64,000 nt of DNA from Lingula anatina (lineage: Eukaryota; Animalia; Brachiopoda). The DNA lies in NCBI GenBank assembly GCA_051362555.1, contig CM120644.1, positions 19,304,534 through 19,368,533 on the forward strand, written 5' to 3'. The position numbers were made by a program, and so were the translations under genes. Position 1 is the first letter of the stretch. Every line of letters starts with the position of its first letter. A model generated the notes under the pieces. It made no database searches. It saw nothing but the letters and a program-made list of their open reading frames with translations, and had not been told where the DNA came from. Positions 41,294-51,673 of this stretch are shown piece by piece.

Positions 41294-42231
41294 ATGCCAA
41301 AGGGTAGGAAATCACAAAAGATAGAGAAAGTGTTTGAGTCAGATTCTGAACATACTGAGAAAGAAATTGAGAGGCCTGAGGTGAGCGAACCTGAGTTGAT
41401 ACAGTCGGAGGGTGTAGCATCAAACAAAGAGGATAAAAACTACTCGACCGAGGAGAGCGGAGAGTTTGAAAATGAAGGGAGTGGCCAACAAATACCAGGT
41501 GAAGTTGGCTCAAATCTTGCTGATACTTTCAATTTGTTTAAATCCTATATGGATCAAAAGTTTAAAGGATTAAAAAGAGAACTGTCCGAGAAAAATATAG
41601 CAGAAAACAAAAAATTGAGGTCATCCCATGAAATTGAATTCAAGTTCAAAGGAAACAAAAAAAAAAACAATTTGAATTTAACACTGAAGTACTTGAAAAC
41701 CTTGAAATTGCAGAAAGTTACTTTAAGAAAGGGGAAGTGAAGTCTGGAAGACAGTTACTCAAAAGGTCCGTAGATCAAATTAAGAAACGTAACAAGCTTA
41801 TAAGATTGGCGGACAAATCGGATGCTGGTTGGGAAGCTGTGGAAGAATATCAATCCGATGATCTTGCAGATGATAGTGAAGACGAAAAGAAAATTCGTTC
41901 AGCCCAGATAAGAGCAAATAGAAAATTGCGCCAGAAAAAACAGAAACGCAACAATGTCGGTCAACGTAGGTCTGGTGTTTATAATAGCTATTCCAATATG
42001 CCTGTTCAATATACAGCCTCAGCCAATTTTTCAGGTTCAGGGCCATTCAAAAGGCTTTTTCGAGCCAAAAGAAGTCAACCGTCCAAGTATGACCAGTGTT
42101 TTGGATGTGGACAATACGGTCACTGGCGAGCAGAATGCTCCAAATTTAACCAGCAAAAGCAGTCATACTTTCAAAACAACACGGAACCGAACCCAAGCTA
42201 CTACAGCTACGCACAGGTCGGCAGTCAATAA
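41294..42231 (+). CDS. gag: Gag-like protein with CCHC knuckle (frameshift at an A11 run)
   Basis: MPKGRK...FKFKGNKK, then a frame change at 41657-41667 to QFEFNTEV...KRNKLIRLADKSDAGWEAVEEY...CFGCGQYGHWRAEC. Confidence 0.85.
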
Positions 42232-44176
42232 GACAGATACAACTCTAAAAGATAAGTATAATAGCGACAATGTGAAAGGTAGATTGAAGAAAAATGTAGC
42301 TTTTTGGGAAAGTATTCGTGCCAATACGTATGTATTAGATGTAATAAAACAAGGATATGTTATTCCTTTTATAAATACACCACCAAAAATGATTATGAAA
42401 AACAATAAGTCTGCATTAGACAATAAGGATTTTGTAGAAGAATCAATATCAGATTTGTTACAATCAGGCCGTATCAAAGAATTTAAAGGGATACCACAAG
42501 TTGTTAATCCTTTGACGGTGGCAATAAATGGGAAAAAGAAACGTTTGGTTTTAGATTTGAGATGTGTAAATCCATACATTTGGAAAGAGAGTATTAAATT
42601 TGAGGATACAAGAATTGCATTACAGTACGTAAATTCAAAAGGATTTGCATTTAGTTTTGATTTAAAAAATGGTTATCATCATATAGATATTGTTGAGTCA
42701 CAGCAAGAATTTCTGGGATTTTCTTGGGTTGTTCAAGGAAAAATTAAATATTTCGTTTACACAGTTTTACCTTTTGGGATATCTTCAGCAGGTTACATTT
42801 TTACCAAAGTATTAAGATGTTTGGTTAAACACTGGAGAGAATGGTCTATACCTATAGTGTTGTATTTGGATGATGGATTTGGATTTAGTGATGATTTTGA
42901 GATGTGCAAAAAATATTCAGACAAAGTGAGGGGAGACTTGAAAAAATCGGGTTTCGTAGTGAATAATGAAAAGAGTATATGGAGACCAGTTCAAGAGATT
43001 GATTGGTTAGGTATTCATTGGAATTTGATACAGGGTACGATATCAATCACAGAAAAAAGGGTTTCAGAATTGAAAAATGATATTAGAAAACTGATGCAAA
43101 ATATTAATATGACATCGGCACGTGAGCTGGCTCGAATTACGGGAAAAATTATATCAATGTCAACTGTTATTGGAGATATAAGTAGATTAATGACAAGAAA
43201 TATGTATCACGCAATCAATGATAGAAACAGTTGGGACGAATGCAAAAATTTTCGTTCAAATACAGAAATTCTGAATGAGTTACATTTTTGGTTGTCAAAC
43301 ATTCATTGTTTAAATAAAAGACATTTATTCTTAAACGAAATACCCAAAATCTTGGGATTTTCAGATGCTAGTGATTATGCATGTGGTGCATATTTGGTAC
43401 GTTGTCAATCTGACATTTGTCACAAAATGTGGTCAGATGAAGAAAAGGAGAAAAGTTCGACATGGAGGGAGTTGAAGGCAACTGCAATTGCATTACAAGC
43501 TTTTATTAAAGTTATAAAAAGAAGTAAAATAGGTTGGTACACAGATAATCAAAATGTCGTGAGGATTATACAGGCAGGATCTATGAAACATGATCTACAA
43601 CATTTAGCTTTACAAATATATCATTTATGTACATGTCATGAAATCAGTTTGACAGTAAACTGGATACCTAGATCAAAAAATGAAAAAGCAGATTATATCA
43701 GCAAATTGGTAGACATAGACGACTGGGAGGTAGAATCTTCTTTTTTCGAATTTTTGGATAAAAAGTGGGGACCTCACACTGTAGATAGATTTGCGAATTT
43801 TGAAAATACAAAGACAAACCGTTTTAATTCAAGATTTTGGAATCCAAATACAGAGGCAACAGATGCATTTTTACAAAATTGGCAGCATGAGAATAATTGG
43901 ATAGTTCCACCTGTAGGTTTGGTACCAAAGGCAATAAACCATTTATTAAATTGTAAAGCAAAAGGCACTTTAGTCGTTCCAAGTTGGAAGTCGGCTGCAT
44001 TTTGGCCAATGATATTTGACAGAGATATGAAGTGGAAAATGTACATAAAAGATGTTCTTATTTTCGGTAACAAGGGTATTTTTAAGCAGGGGAAAAATAA
44101 GCAATCTTACATAGGGTCGCAGAAATTTAAGGATAAAGTTTTGGCAGTCAGGATTGATGGGGAGACAGGATTTTAA
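41954..44176 (+). CDS. pol: Reverse transcriptase, RNase H and Dam-like methyltransferase (MT) domain
   Basis: 740-aa open frame overlapping gag. Motifs RLVLDLR, FDLKNGYHH, LPFG and YLDD; RNase H FSDASD, SSTWREL and TDNQN; MT-like DRFA...DAF...NNWIVPP. Confidence 0.95.
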   Translation: MSVNVGLVFIIAIPICLFNIQPQPIFQVQGHSKGFFEPKEVNRPSMTSVLDVDNTVTGEQNAPNLTSKSSHTFKTTRNRTQATTATHRSAVNKTDTTLKDKYNSDNVKGRLKKNVAFWESIRANTYVLDVIKQGYVIPFINTPPKMIMKNNKSALDNKDFVEESISDLLQSGRIKEFKGIPQVVNPLTVAINGKKKRLVLDLRCVNPYIWKESIKFEDTRIALQYVNSKGFAFSFDLKNGYHHIDIVESQQEFLGFSWVVQGKIKYFVYTVLPFGISSAGYIFTKVLRCLVKHWREWSIPIVLYLDDGFGFSDDFEMCKKYSDKVRGDLKKSGFVVNNEKSIWRPVQEIDWLGIHWNLIQGTISITEKRVSELKNDIRKLMQNINMTSARELARITGKIISMSTVIGDISRLMTRNMYHAINDRNSWDECKNFRSNTEILNELHFWLSNIHCLNKRHLFLNEIPKILGFSDASDYACGAYLVRCQSDICHKMWSDEEKEKSSTWRELKATAIALQAFIKVIKRSKIGWYTDNQNVVRIIQAGSMKHDLQHLALQIYHLCTCHEISLTVNWIPRSKNEKADYISKLVDIDDWEVESSFFEFLDKKWGPHTVDRFANFENTKTNRFNSRFWNPNTEATDAFLQNWQHENNWIVPPVGLVPKAINHLLNCKAKGTLVVPSWKSAAFWPMIFDRDMKWKMYIKDVLIFGNKGIFKQGKNKQSYIGSQKFKDKVLAVRIDGETGF

Positions 44177-44945
44177 TAGAAAAATATTTTCTAAAAACGA
44201 AGGTTATATTTCAAAGGCGAGATGGGATGGTGTATTTTTATAAAGGTTGCCAGTCAGGATTGACACTGCAACAAACATTATACAGAATTGAAATTTATAT
44301 ATAGAAGGTGTGATGGAATGACGGTGTATTATTATGAAGGTTGCAAGTCAGGATTGACACTGCAACAAATATTACACAGAAATGAAATATATATATTTGA
44401 AAGTTTTATGGCATGTTGGTGTATTTTTATGAAGGTTGCCAGTCAGGATTGACAATGCAACAAATGTTAAAAAGAATTGAAATATATATTTGAAAGTTGT
44501 TACGGCATGAAGATGTATTTTATATAAATTGACAGTCAGGATTGACACTGCGACAAATGTTATACAAAACTGAAATTTATATTGGGAAAAAACGTGATGG
44601 AATGAAGGTATAATTTAGGAAGGTTAGTAGTCAGGATTGACACTGCACCGAATGTTATACAGAGTTGAAAATTATAATTGAAAAGCGTTATGGAATGAAG
44701 GTATATTTTATAAAGGTTTATAGTTCGGATTGACACTGTAACAATTGTTACACAGAATTGAAAAGTTCAATTGAAAAGTATGATGAGATAAAGGTGAATT
44801 ATAATATATTTTGCAAGTCAGGATTGACGATGAAACAAATGTTATACAACATTAAATGAAATTCATATATTTGAAAGGTCTGGTGGCATGAAGGTGTGTT
44901 ATTATGAAAGTTGATAATCAGGATGGACAGTGTACAAAATGTTTA
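44141..44945 (+). repeat. Internal array of nine ~94-bp degenerate units with conserved GTCA-GGAT-TGAC core
   Basis: Core starts at 44146, 44252, 44346, 44441, 44534, 44629, 44722, 44816 and 44916. Confidence 0.9.
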
Positions 44946-45172
44946 TACATAATCAAGGCAATGAAAGCATACTTTTAACGATGGTTAAGAGTTAATGGAT
45001 AATTCATTCTTTTTTGTTAAAAGAGAATATATAAGATTGTCTGGATTGGCTTTTGAAAACAGTAGGCCTATAATGCATGAAAAGAACATTTGAAATGTTT
45101 TAAAAATGGGCTTTTATATTAGTAAACATAAACTGGTGTGTTTTCATCAAAATTCTTTATTTGTATTTACAG

Positions 45173-46186
45173 GTATTCCAATCTGGAGTTTGGACGGAAT
45201 TAAAGGATTTCAATAATGCAACTTTACGAAGATTGGGTAAAGAGTTACCAAGTATTGTATTGAAATCTAGAGCAGATAATACGGTGAAAAAGTATACTTA
45301 TATATTTCAAAAGTGGAAGAATTGGGCAGGGAAATTTACAGAGGTTAACATATTCCCGGCATCCACAAATCACATTGCACTATATATGTTAAGTTTAATT
45401 CAACAAGAAAGTAAACCAGGAGCAATACAGGATGTGAAATATGCCTTAAAGTGGGTTCATGATATTGCTGGAATAACACGAAATCCTTGCGATAACGCTT
45501 TGATCAGTAATATTGTGGAGGCAGCAAAAAGACTGTCATGTAACAGAACAATAAAAAAGGAAATAGTAACCAGTGAAATGCTTAATAAACTTGTTAATAG
45601 ATTTGCAAAATCTAACGCCAGTTTGCCCGATTTGAGAGATGCCTGTATATGTTTATTATCATTTTCAGGATTTTTAAGATATAGCGAGGTATCCTCAATT
45701 AGAAGAACAGATATTATATTCAAAAATTCATATTTTGAAGTTTTTATAGAAAAAAGCAAAACTGATATATACAGAGATGGATCTAATGTTTTAATAGCCA
45801 GAACAGGTAAGACTTCATGCCCATATGCTTTCTTACAAAGATATCTAAGAGCCGCAGACATAGAAGAAGATTCAGAGAAGTATATTTTCAGATCGGTCAA
45901 GTATTTAAAGAAATCAGGAAAACATGTTTTAAAGGATACTGGAAAATTGTCGTATACACGTATGAGAGAAACAGTTTTACAAAAATTTGAAGAATTGGGT
46001 TTTGATAAAAGTAAATTTGGTCTACATAGTCTACGAGCAGGTGGCGCATCAGCTGCAGCAAATTGCGGGATAAAAGAACGATTATTCAAAAAACATGGTC
46101 GCTGGAAATCGGATAAAGCAAAAGACGGTTATATTAAAGACAATATATTGCAAAGAATGAGTGTATCTTTAAACTTGGGTATTTGA
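45173..46186 (+). CDS. Tyrosine recombinase
   Basis: Catalytic set GFLRYSE (R), KSKTD (K), HSLR (HxxR), GRW and DGY (Y). The frame is open from a splice-acceptor-like site at 45171-45172, with no ATG for about 70 codons. Confidence 0.95.
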   Translation, partial: VFQSGVWTELKDFNNATLRRLGKELPSIVLKSRADNTVKKYTYIFQKWKNWAGKFTEVNIFPASTNHIALYMLSLIQQESKPGAIQDVKYALKWVHDIAGITRNPCDNALISNIVEAAKRLSCNRTIKKEIVTSEMLNKLVNRFAKSNASLPDLRDACICLLSFSGFLRYSEVSSIRRTDIIFKNSYFEVFIEKSKTDIYRDGSNVLIARTGKTSCPYAFLQRYLRAADIEEDSEKYIFRSVKYLKKSGKHVLKDTGKLSYTRMRETVLQKFEELGFDKSKFGLHSLRAGGASAAANCGIKERLFKKHGRWKSDKAKDGYIKDNILQRMSVSLNLGI

Positions 46187-46351
46187 TATGCATTTACATT
46201 TTGTTTGTCGATATTGTAGGACAATGTGAATCCAGAGTGGATGTGGATTAATAAATTATGTACGTATATAAGTCGATGAAATTGTATTTGTTTTTTCTTT
46301 TTTAGGATAAAGTAATGATACACAGAGGAGGCCCGTTCTTTGTGGTCGAAG

Positions 46352-46960
46352 CAGGCAGAGGCACATCGACTCATTCCTATTTATAAATAAATGATTTGGT
46401 GTTTGAAGATGAAGTGGTTTTATTCGTTGAGAGTTATTAGACGATAAATAATTTATATACGTTTAAGCGTAAGCGAATTAGAATATAAATGTATTTATTG
46501 TCGTTTAACGGGTCAACGATGACGTGTCTTAGGAGAAAGGTTATTAGGAGGTACAGGGGGCGCTGTATTCAAAAGGTGAACAGATCACGTGAGGAAGGGA
46601 AACGATCATTCGAAGTCGAGCTACGCTAATGTACAGACATTCCAGTTTATTCCAAATAAAAGTTTTTGTATAAAAACATTTGTATAAAGATGGGGTTTGA
46701 TTATGCGTTATAAAATTATCAGATTCATGTAAGTACGAGCTGTACCGGAATTGGAATTAGGCTATGTGGGAAATGTAACTGGTGACGGAGCAAACGTTTG
46801 TATGTAATATTGTATCGTCTGTACACAGGCAGAGGCACATCGACTCATTCCTATTTATAAATAAATGATTTGGTGTTTGAAGATGAAGTGGTTTTATTCG
46901 TTGAGAGTTATTAGACGATAAATAATTTATATACGTTTAAGCGTAAGCGAATTAGAATAT
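46352..46960 (+). repeat. 3' terminal repeats B1-A2-(spacer)-B2
   Basis: B1 46352-46486 equals B2 46826-46960 (135 bp). A2 46487-46648 equals A1. Confidence 0.95.
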
Positions 46961-47525
46961 AATAGCTGTTAACAGTTCATGCGATTGTAAATTGTACATC
47001 TTTGCTGCCAAATTTTGTGATACTTCCGTCGCTATTATTCTCGTTTCATTGTAAAGTGCTTCAGAGATATCCATCGCCTTGTCTACCTTATCATCTAAGA
47101 GAGACAATAGCGATTCATAATTGAAATTAGTTGAAGACAGTTGAGTAATAAGCTTTTGCTGATTTTCTGCAATTTGGGCTACGTGAGATGCTAAATTTTT
47201 TAGGTCTTTATTGCTGGCGATGCCAAAAATTGATTAAATGATTTCAGCAACGAATGGAAATATGCTGCGTCTAGATCTAGATTTTGCCCAAATTTTCTCC
47301 ACATTTAAATTCGAAAGTAGAGGGTCGATTACTTGGGACATACAGTAACATGCATTGATTTCATAACGTCGCTTTGGATGCTTCTAGCCGTCTTTAAACC
47401 TGAACGATATATACATGCAAGTTCTCAAACACCAGTCTAAAAATTCCCGCACCGTTAGCTTACGGCCAACCTGGTCGTCATCAGACTGAACGATATAAAT
47501 TACAAATAAATAAGAAATAATCATT
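46961..47525 (-). pseudogene. env: env-like fusion glycoprotein, N-terminal part with furin site and fusion peptide
   Basis: KSRSRR/SIFPFVAEII*SIFGIASNKDL (RSRR at 47267-47278, stop at 47234-47236), followed by a heptad-like helix. Joins 41096 in frame when the inserted element is removed. The 5' limit is approximate. Confidence 0.75.
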
Positions 47526-50500
47526 ATTATTCAAGGTGATATTCTGGCGTCTGTTCTGTCTCAACATGATTGTGACGTCTGCCACAGAATTGTTAGGTGA
47601 TGTTAGGTGTGACAAGCCGTTAACCGCTGTTGATTGTAGGCCAAAACAAACTAATTTTAACATTTTATTTTTCTAAAAATGCCGATAAAGGAATTTTATT
47701 GCACCTCTCTTGGTGCTTTTTCTTCCTCATCTTCGGTTCTGAGTTCAAGATCATTCTATACAAATGTAGAATTAAATTGTTTATAAAAATCTAAGATGTA
47801 AGGTGAGCTACCAAAGCGCAAGACACGGTGGATTTTTTCTATTTGTGTCCTACGCCAAAACGAAACACCAAATATAATCCACATATTTTCATGATTGGCA
47901 ACGTTCTCAATGACAAATCTAAGGGCGGGGGCGGGGGCGGGAGGGGGGGGGCGTGTGCATCTCACTTTTATTTCTCCCCCCCCCCCCCCCAAAAAAAAAA
48001 AAAAAAAGGATAAAACATTAAAAAATCTATGGGAAGTCTGAAGTGGGGCTGGTAAATGTGTGTATAACTATTTAGATAACAAATTCTCTCCACCCCCCCC
48101 CCCCCACCCCCTACAAAGTATTAGATACTGTAGTAATATGAATTTAACATTTCAACAAGCTAAACGAAACAAATCCAAGACGTTTTACAGTCACTATGTC
48201 CTAAATATCAGAATAAAATTGTCTTCCTTTACTGTTTTGTATCCAATGTTTTATAACCACGTCAACTATCAAACAGCTTTGTTTTAAGGCGAATGTCTTC
48301 TCTCTTTGTCGGGGTAGATTCTACTGTATTTTGAATAAGACCGGCGGTAGGTTGTGCCTCACGACAACCATGACCGAATTTTTACCGCATTCGCTTTTCA
48401 TTTGTGTTGCACCAGGATTGACACGCTTATCTATTCCATGTATTAATGAGAGGTTAATTTTCACGAGACTGGACACAAGAAACTGTTAAGTCTCTATCTG
48501 TAGTTAAAAAAAACATTAAGATATCAGTGGCACATTTTATTTTTAGAAACGGGAAAAATGAGTACGCTTTCAGTTGAATAACCAAAATAAAGTCAACTGG
48601 TAAATTATTGCATTTGGATTTTGTGGAAAATAAAAAATGCAATCTTTCTTGAATTTGATTTTTTCATTTTTCTCAATTTCTATATTAATCACATTATCTT
48701 GTTATCTAAATCTTATTGCCGAATTGATAATTCAATATGGACATGAAAGTTATGGAAATTTCATAGCAGTTAAATACCACATCCTCGCGATCTAACGTAA
48801 GACCTCTCTCTCTCTCTCTCTATCTCAAATTCAGCAGAGTCACAGACAAAATGCGAAAAAAAAAAAAAAAAACATTGGAATATGAGTTATTTATATCTAA
48901 ACTTTTCCTATTCGCTGGAACATATTAATAAAAGTGATCTTTACAGTACCTCTCGAGGGGAGGGAGGGGGCGTACACCGGGGCTCTCGTCAAGAAGCCCT
49001 TCTCAGCCTTCTAGCTGTTACAAAATTCTTCCGAAGTGCGGGTCGAGCAATGATTTATAATGAGAAGAAAATTGTTATTTTTCTTTGGGGAAATTACTTT
49101 TGCTAGCTTCAAATATGTATTTTTTTTATCAAATAATAGAAATTAAGATAGCTAAAGTGATCAAGATTGCCGCGATTTGAAATCTCTGATGTGAACATCA
49201 CTTCCGGACAACCTTATATTACTACAGGTAGGCCTAATCTAATTTGCATATAAGAGAAAAATGCATTTTTTCTGTTTTTGAGTCATTTTTTCAGGTTTTT
49301 GAGTTTTTATTACTTTTGTAAACAACGATGTCCCTTTACCCTCACAACTTTTCAATTATTTGATCGACACGCCCTGTTAATTAATTTATTTATATAAATT
49401 ATAAACCTTCATATCATAGGCGTGAATCACGTTATCACGTCCAAGTCATAACATTGTTAAACTAGCGCCAATAACTGCAGTGGAGAATGTAGGTCAATTG
49501 CCTGTACAATTCTCCCATAGCGTTATTGATTTTCTCTGGAGTGGAACATTTTAGGGAGAGGCGGACGGGTGAGAGAAGTATCAGTTCAACAGCAAAATAT
49601 AAATAAAGCGTGGAGCTGCTATAATCAGAGGCTTTTACAATCTTTTAGACAAGTGTAAAAATATCCCACATTTCCAGTTCCACCGTGTAGCACTTTCAGA
49701 CAATATGATACATCTCCATGCCATCAGTGTCTCCCTAAAAATTTGTTGACCACGTTAACTGTTCAACCCCCGGCAGAAGATGAACCAGCCAACGATAGTT
49801 TTGACACACAGGTGTAGGAGCCGCACCCTGAACTTCAGATCTTTATAGCAATTAACCCTTGCCGTTTCAAGTAACTGGTAACGCCAAGGGTATGCCATAG
49901 TGTAGAGGTTTGTTTCAAGTTATCTCTGAAGCTCAGGGTAAGCAGCCGGAATAGGGCGAGGCGGGAAGAGGGGGGGGGGGGGGGGGGCATTTAACCCTTT
50001 CACAACCAGGGACCGAATGCGTTCCCTCAGCACTAACCAGTCAATTTATTTAAGAATCAGTCACTATTATTATTATTATTATGCATTTTCAAACTTTAAT
50101 TAGGCGTAAGAGGGGGAAAGGGGGGTCAACTCTCTCACAATCAACTACGTAATATTTATAATATTTTTGTCCAAGTTCTACATGAAGACAGAGTGATCGC
50201 AGCACTATTTCCACCCTGGTCCGGCAACCCAAGGCCTTCACTTAGTGGTCAGTTGTTAACAAGTCAGGAAGACAGCACTAAGGACACTGAGGTAAACTGG
50301 CGGTTAGTGATGGGGTCATCAGTTGACCACAATACAGGGGCCACTGTCAATGGGTTATATTTGCATATTTCGTATATTTTGTATTAATACTAAGTTTATA
50401 TATGGTATCAATAATTACCCGTGATCAGACATAAAATTTCTGTCAACAGATTTCTGTAGCTAGAAAAGCTAGTTTTGATATTTGTGCAGATAGCAGGTAA

Positions 50501-50679
50501 AAATCAGTAAGAAGACAGGAATGGGTTAGCCTCTTTTTTTTTTTCACCAAATTGTCTATGTTTTGACATTTCGATTTGTTACAGTAAAATGGTAAGTGGA
50601 TTTATTATTATTATTATTCATATTATTTTTATGCTAGAAATTCATTTGTTGACTACAGCTCAGTATTCCTTATGGTAAA

Positions 50680-51016
50680 AGTGATAATAACTCTTCGTTT
50701 CGGCCAAAAAATGAATTTTCCTGGAGTAAACAACAATTTTCCCATACTTACCAATGGTTAATGAATCCATCTTTACATTCAAAGTTAGTCCCTGGTTTTT
50801 TCTAAAAAGTTTGGTTTTTTGTTAAAATCTCTTAAGAGATTTTCACAGAGTATAGCCATCAATGGAGGTCACGTGGTCTAAAGACAAGCTCAGATATCAG
50901 AATAATAGCTATAACTGCCGTTTTTGTGGTAAAACAGAATATATTATATTTCTATGAGTTATTCACAAATGTTTTTATTGTGAAATATAGATCTCATACG
51001 AAGATTTATTATCCCT
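50680..51016 (-). mobile_element. Kolobok-like non-autonomous element
   Basis: Reverse complement of the 26326-26774 family and ends tattatccct. Not present at the paralogous site of copy 1. Confidence 0.65.
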
Positions 51017-51673
51017 TAAACTGATACAGAATGTTGTCAGTGTTAGGTGGACTGTTGTGTTCAGTTGATAACTTAAAATATTGAAATGGTGCTGACAGAG
51101 AACAGTGATAAAACATTGAATTCTTTTAGGCAAAGCATATAGTATTACATTTAAAGGTGTTTTTCTTTTTTTTTTTCATTTTTCTTTCAATCTATTTTTT
51201 GAGATTTTAAACACTTTCAACATCTCATTTGTCAAGCTGCCATTGAATCTGTTACTTTAAAGTCTGTAATATGTGTCGTGGTTTAATCAAGTATTCATTT
51301 GGAGTTTGATCTTTTCTTAATTGAACAAAACGAAGTTTCTTTTTTTACTCTTTATTCTGCCGCTTAGTCATTGGATATATCTATAAATTTGATACATTAA
51401 AAAATGAAATAATCTAAATTAGGAAAATGAAACACTTGTTTATTTCCCTTTCTATTTTAACAATAAAGATAGAGAGGGATTTTCTAGTGTAATATCATGT
51501 ATTTGACTAAGTACGATTCTTTTATTATAGATGATCTATTATAGACAATGTGTCTGATCATGGAAGAAAATGGTCCGATGAATACTGAACCTACAAGGTA
51601 TAAAATATATTCTGAATGATTATTGATAAACACTAAACAAATAAAAATTGAAGCAGTGACATGTGATTGTTCT

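Larger units (their letters stand above)
41097..46960 (+). mobile_element. Tyrosine-recombinase (DIRS-order) retrotransposon with split direct repeats; PAT-like (MT present), Ngaro-type termini
   Basis: A1 41097-41258, B1 46352-46486, A2 46487-46648, B2 46826-46960. Contains gag, RT/RH/MT and YR ORFs. No conventional TSD. Confidence 0.95.

Noticed and set aside
44141-44945. CRISPR array
   Set aside because: Inter-core segments are homologous to each other rather than unique spacers, there are no cas genes, and the context is eukaryotic.
45457-46089. 210-aa antisense ORF (also 42163-42579 and 43774-44073)
   Set aside because: Antisense to YR or pol with no recognisable motif; explained by codon bias.
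47756-47992. Chromodomain-like pol C-terminus upstream of env
   Set aside because: Position fits, but motifs are too degenerate and broken by homopolymer runs to support the call.
48930-49235. Promoter and first exon (cacttccgg ETS-like motif, cag|gtagg donor)
   Set aside because: Only short motifs and no downstream gene could be linked; insufficient support.
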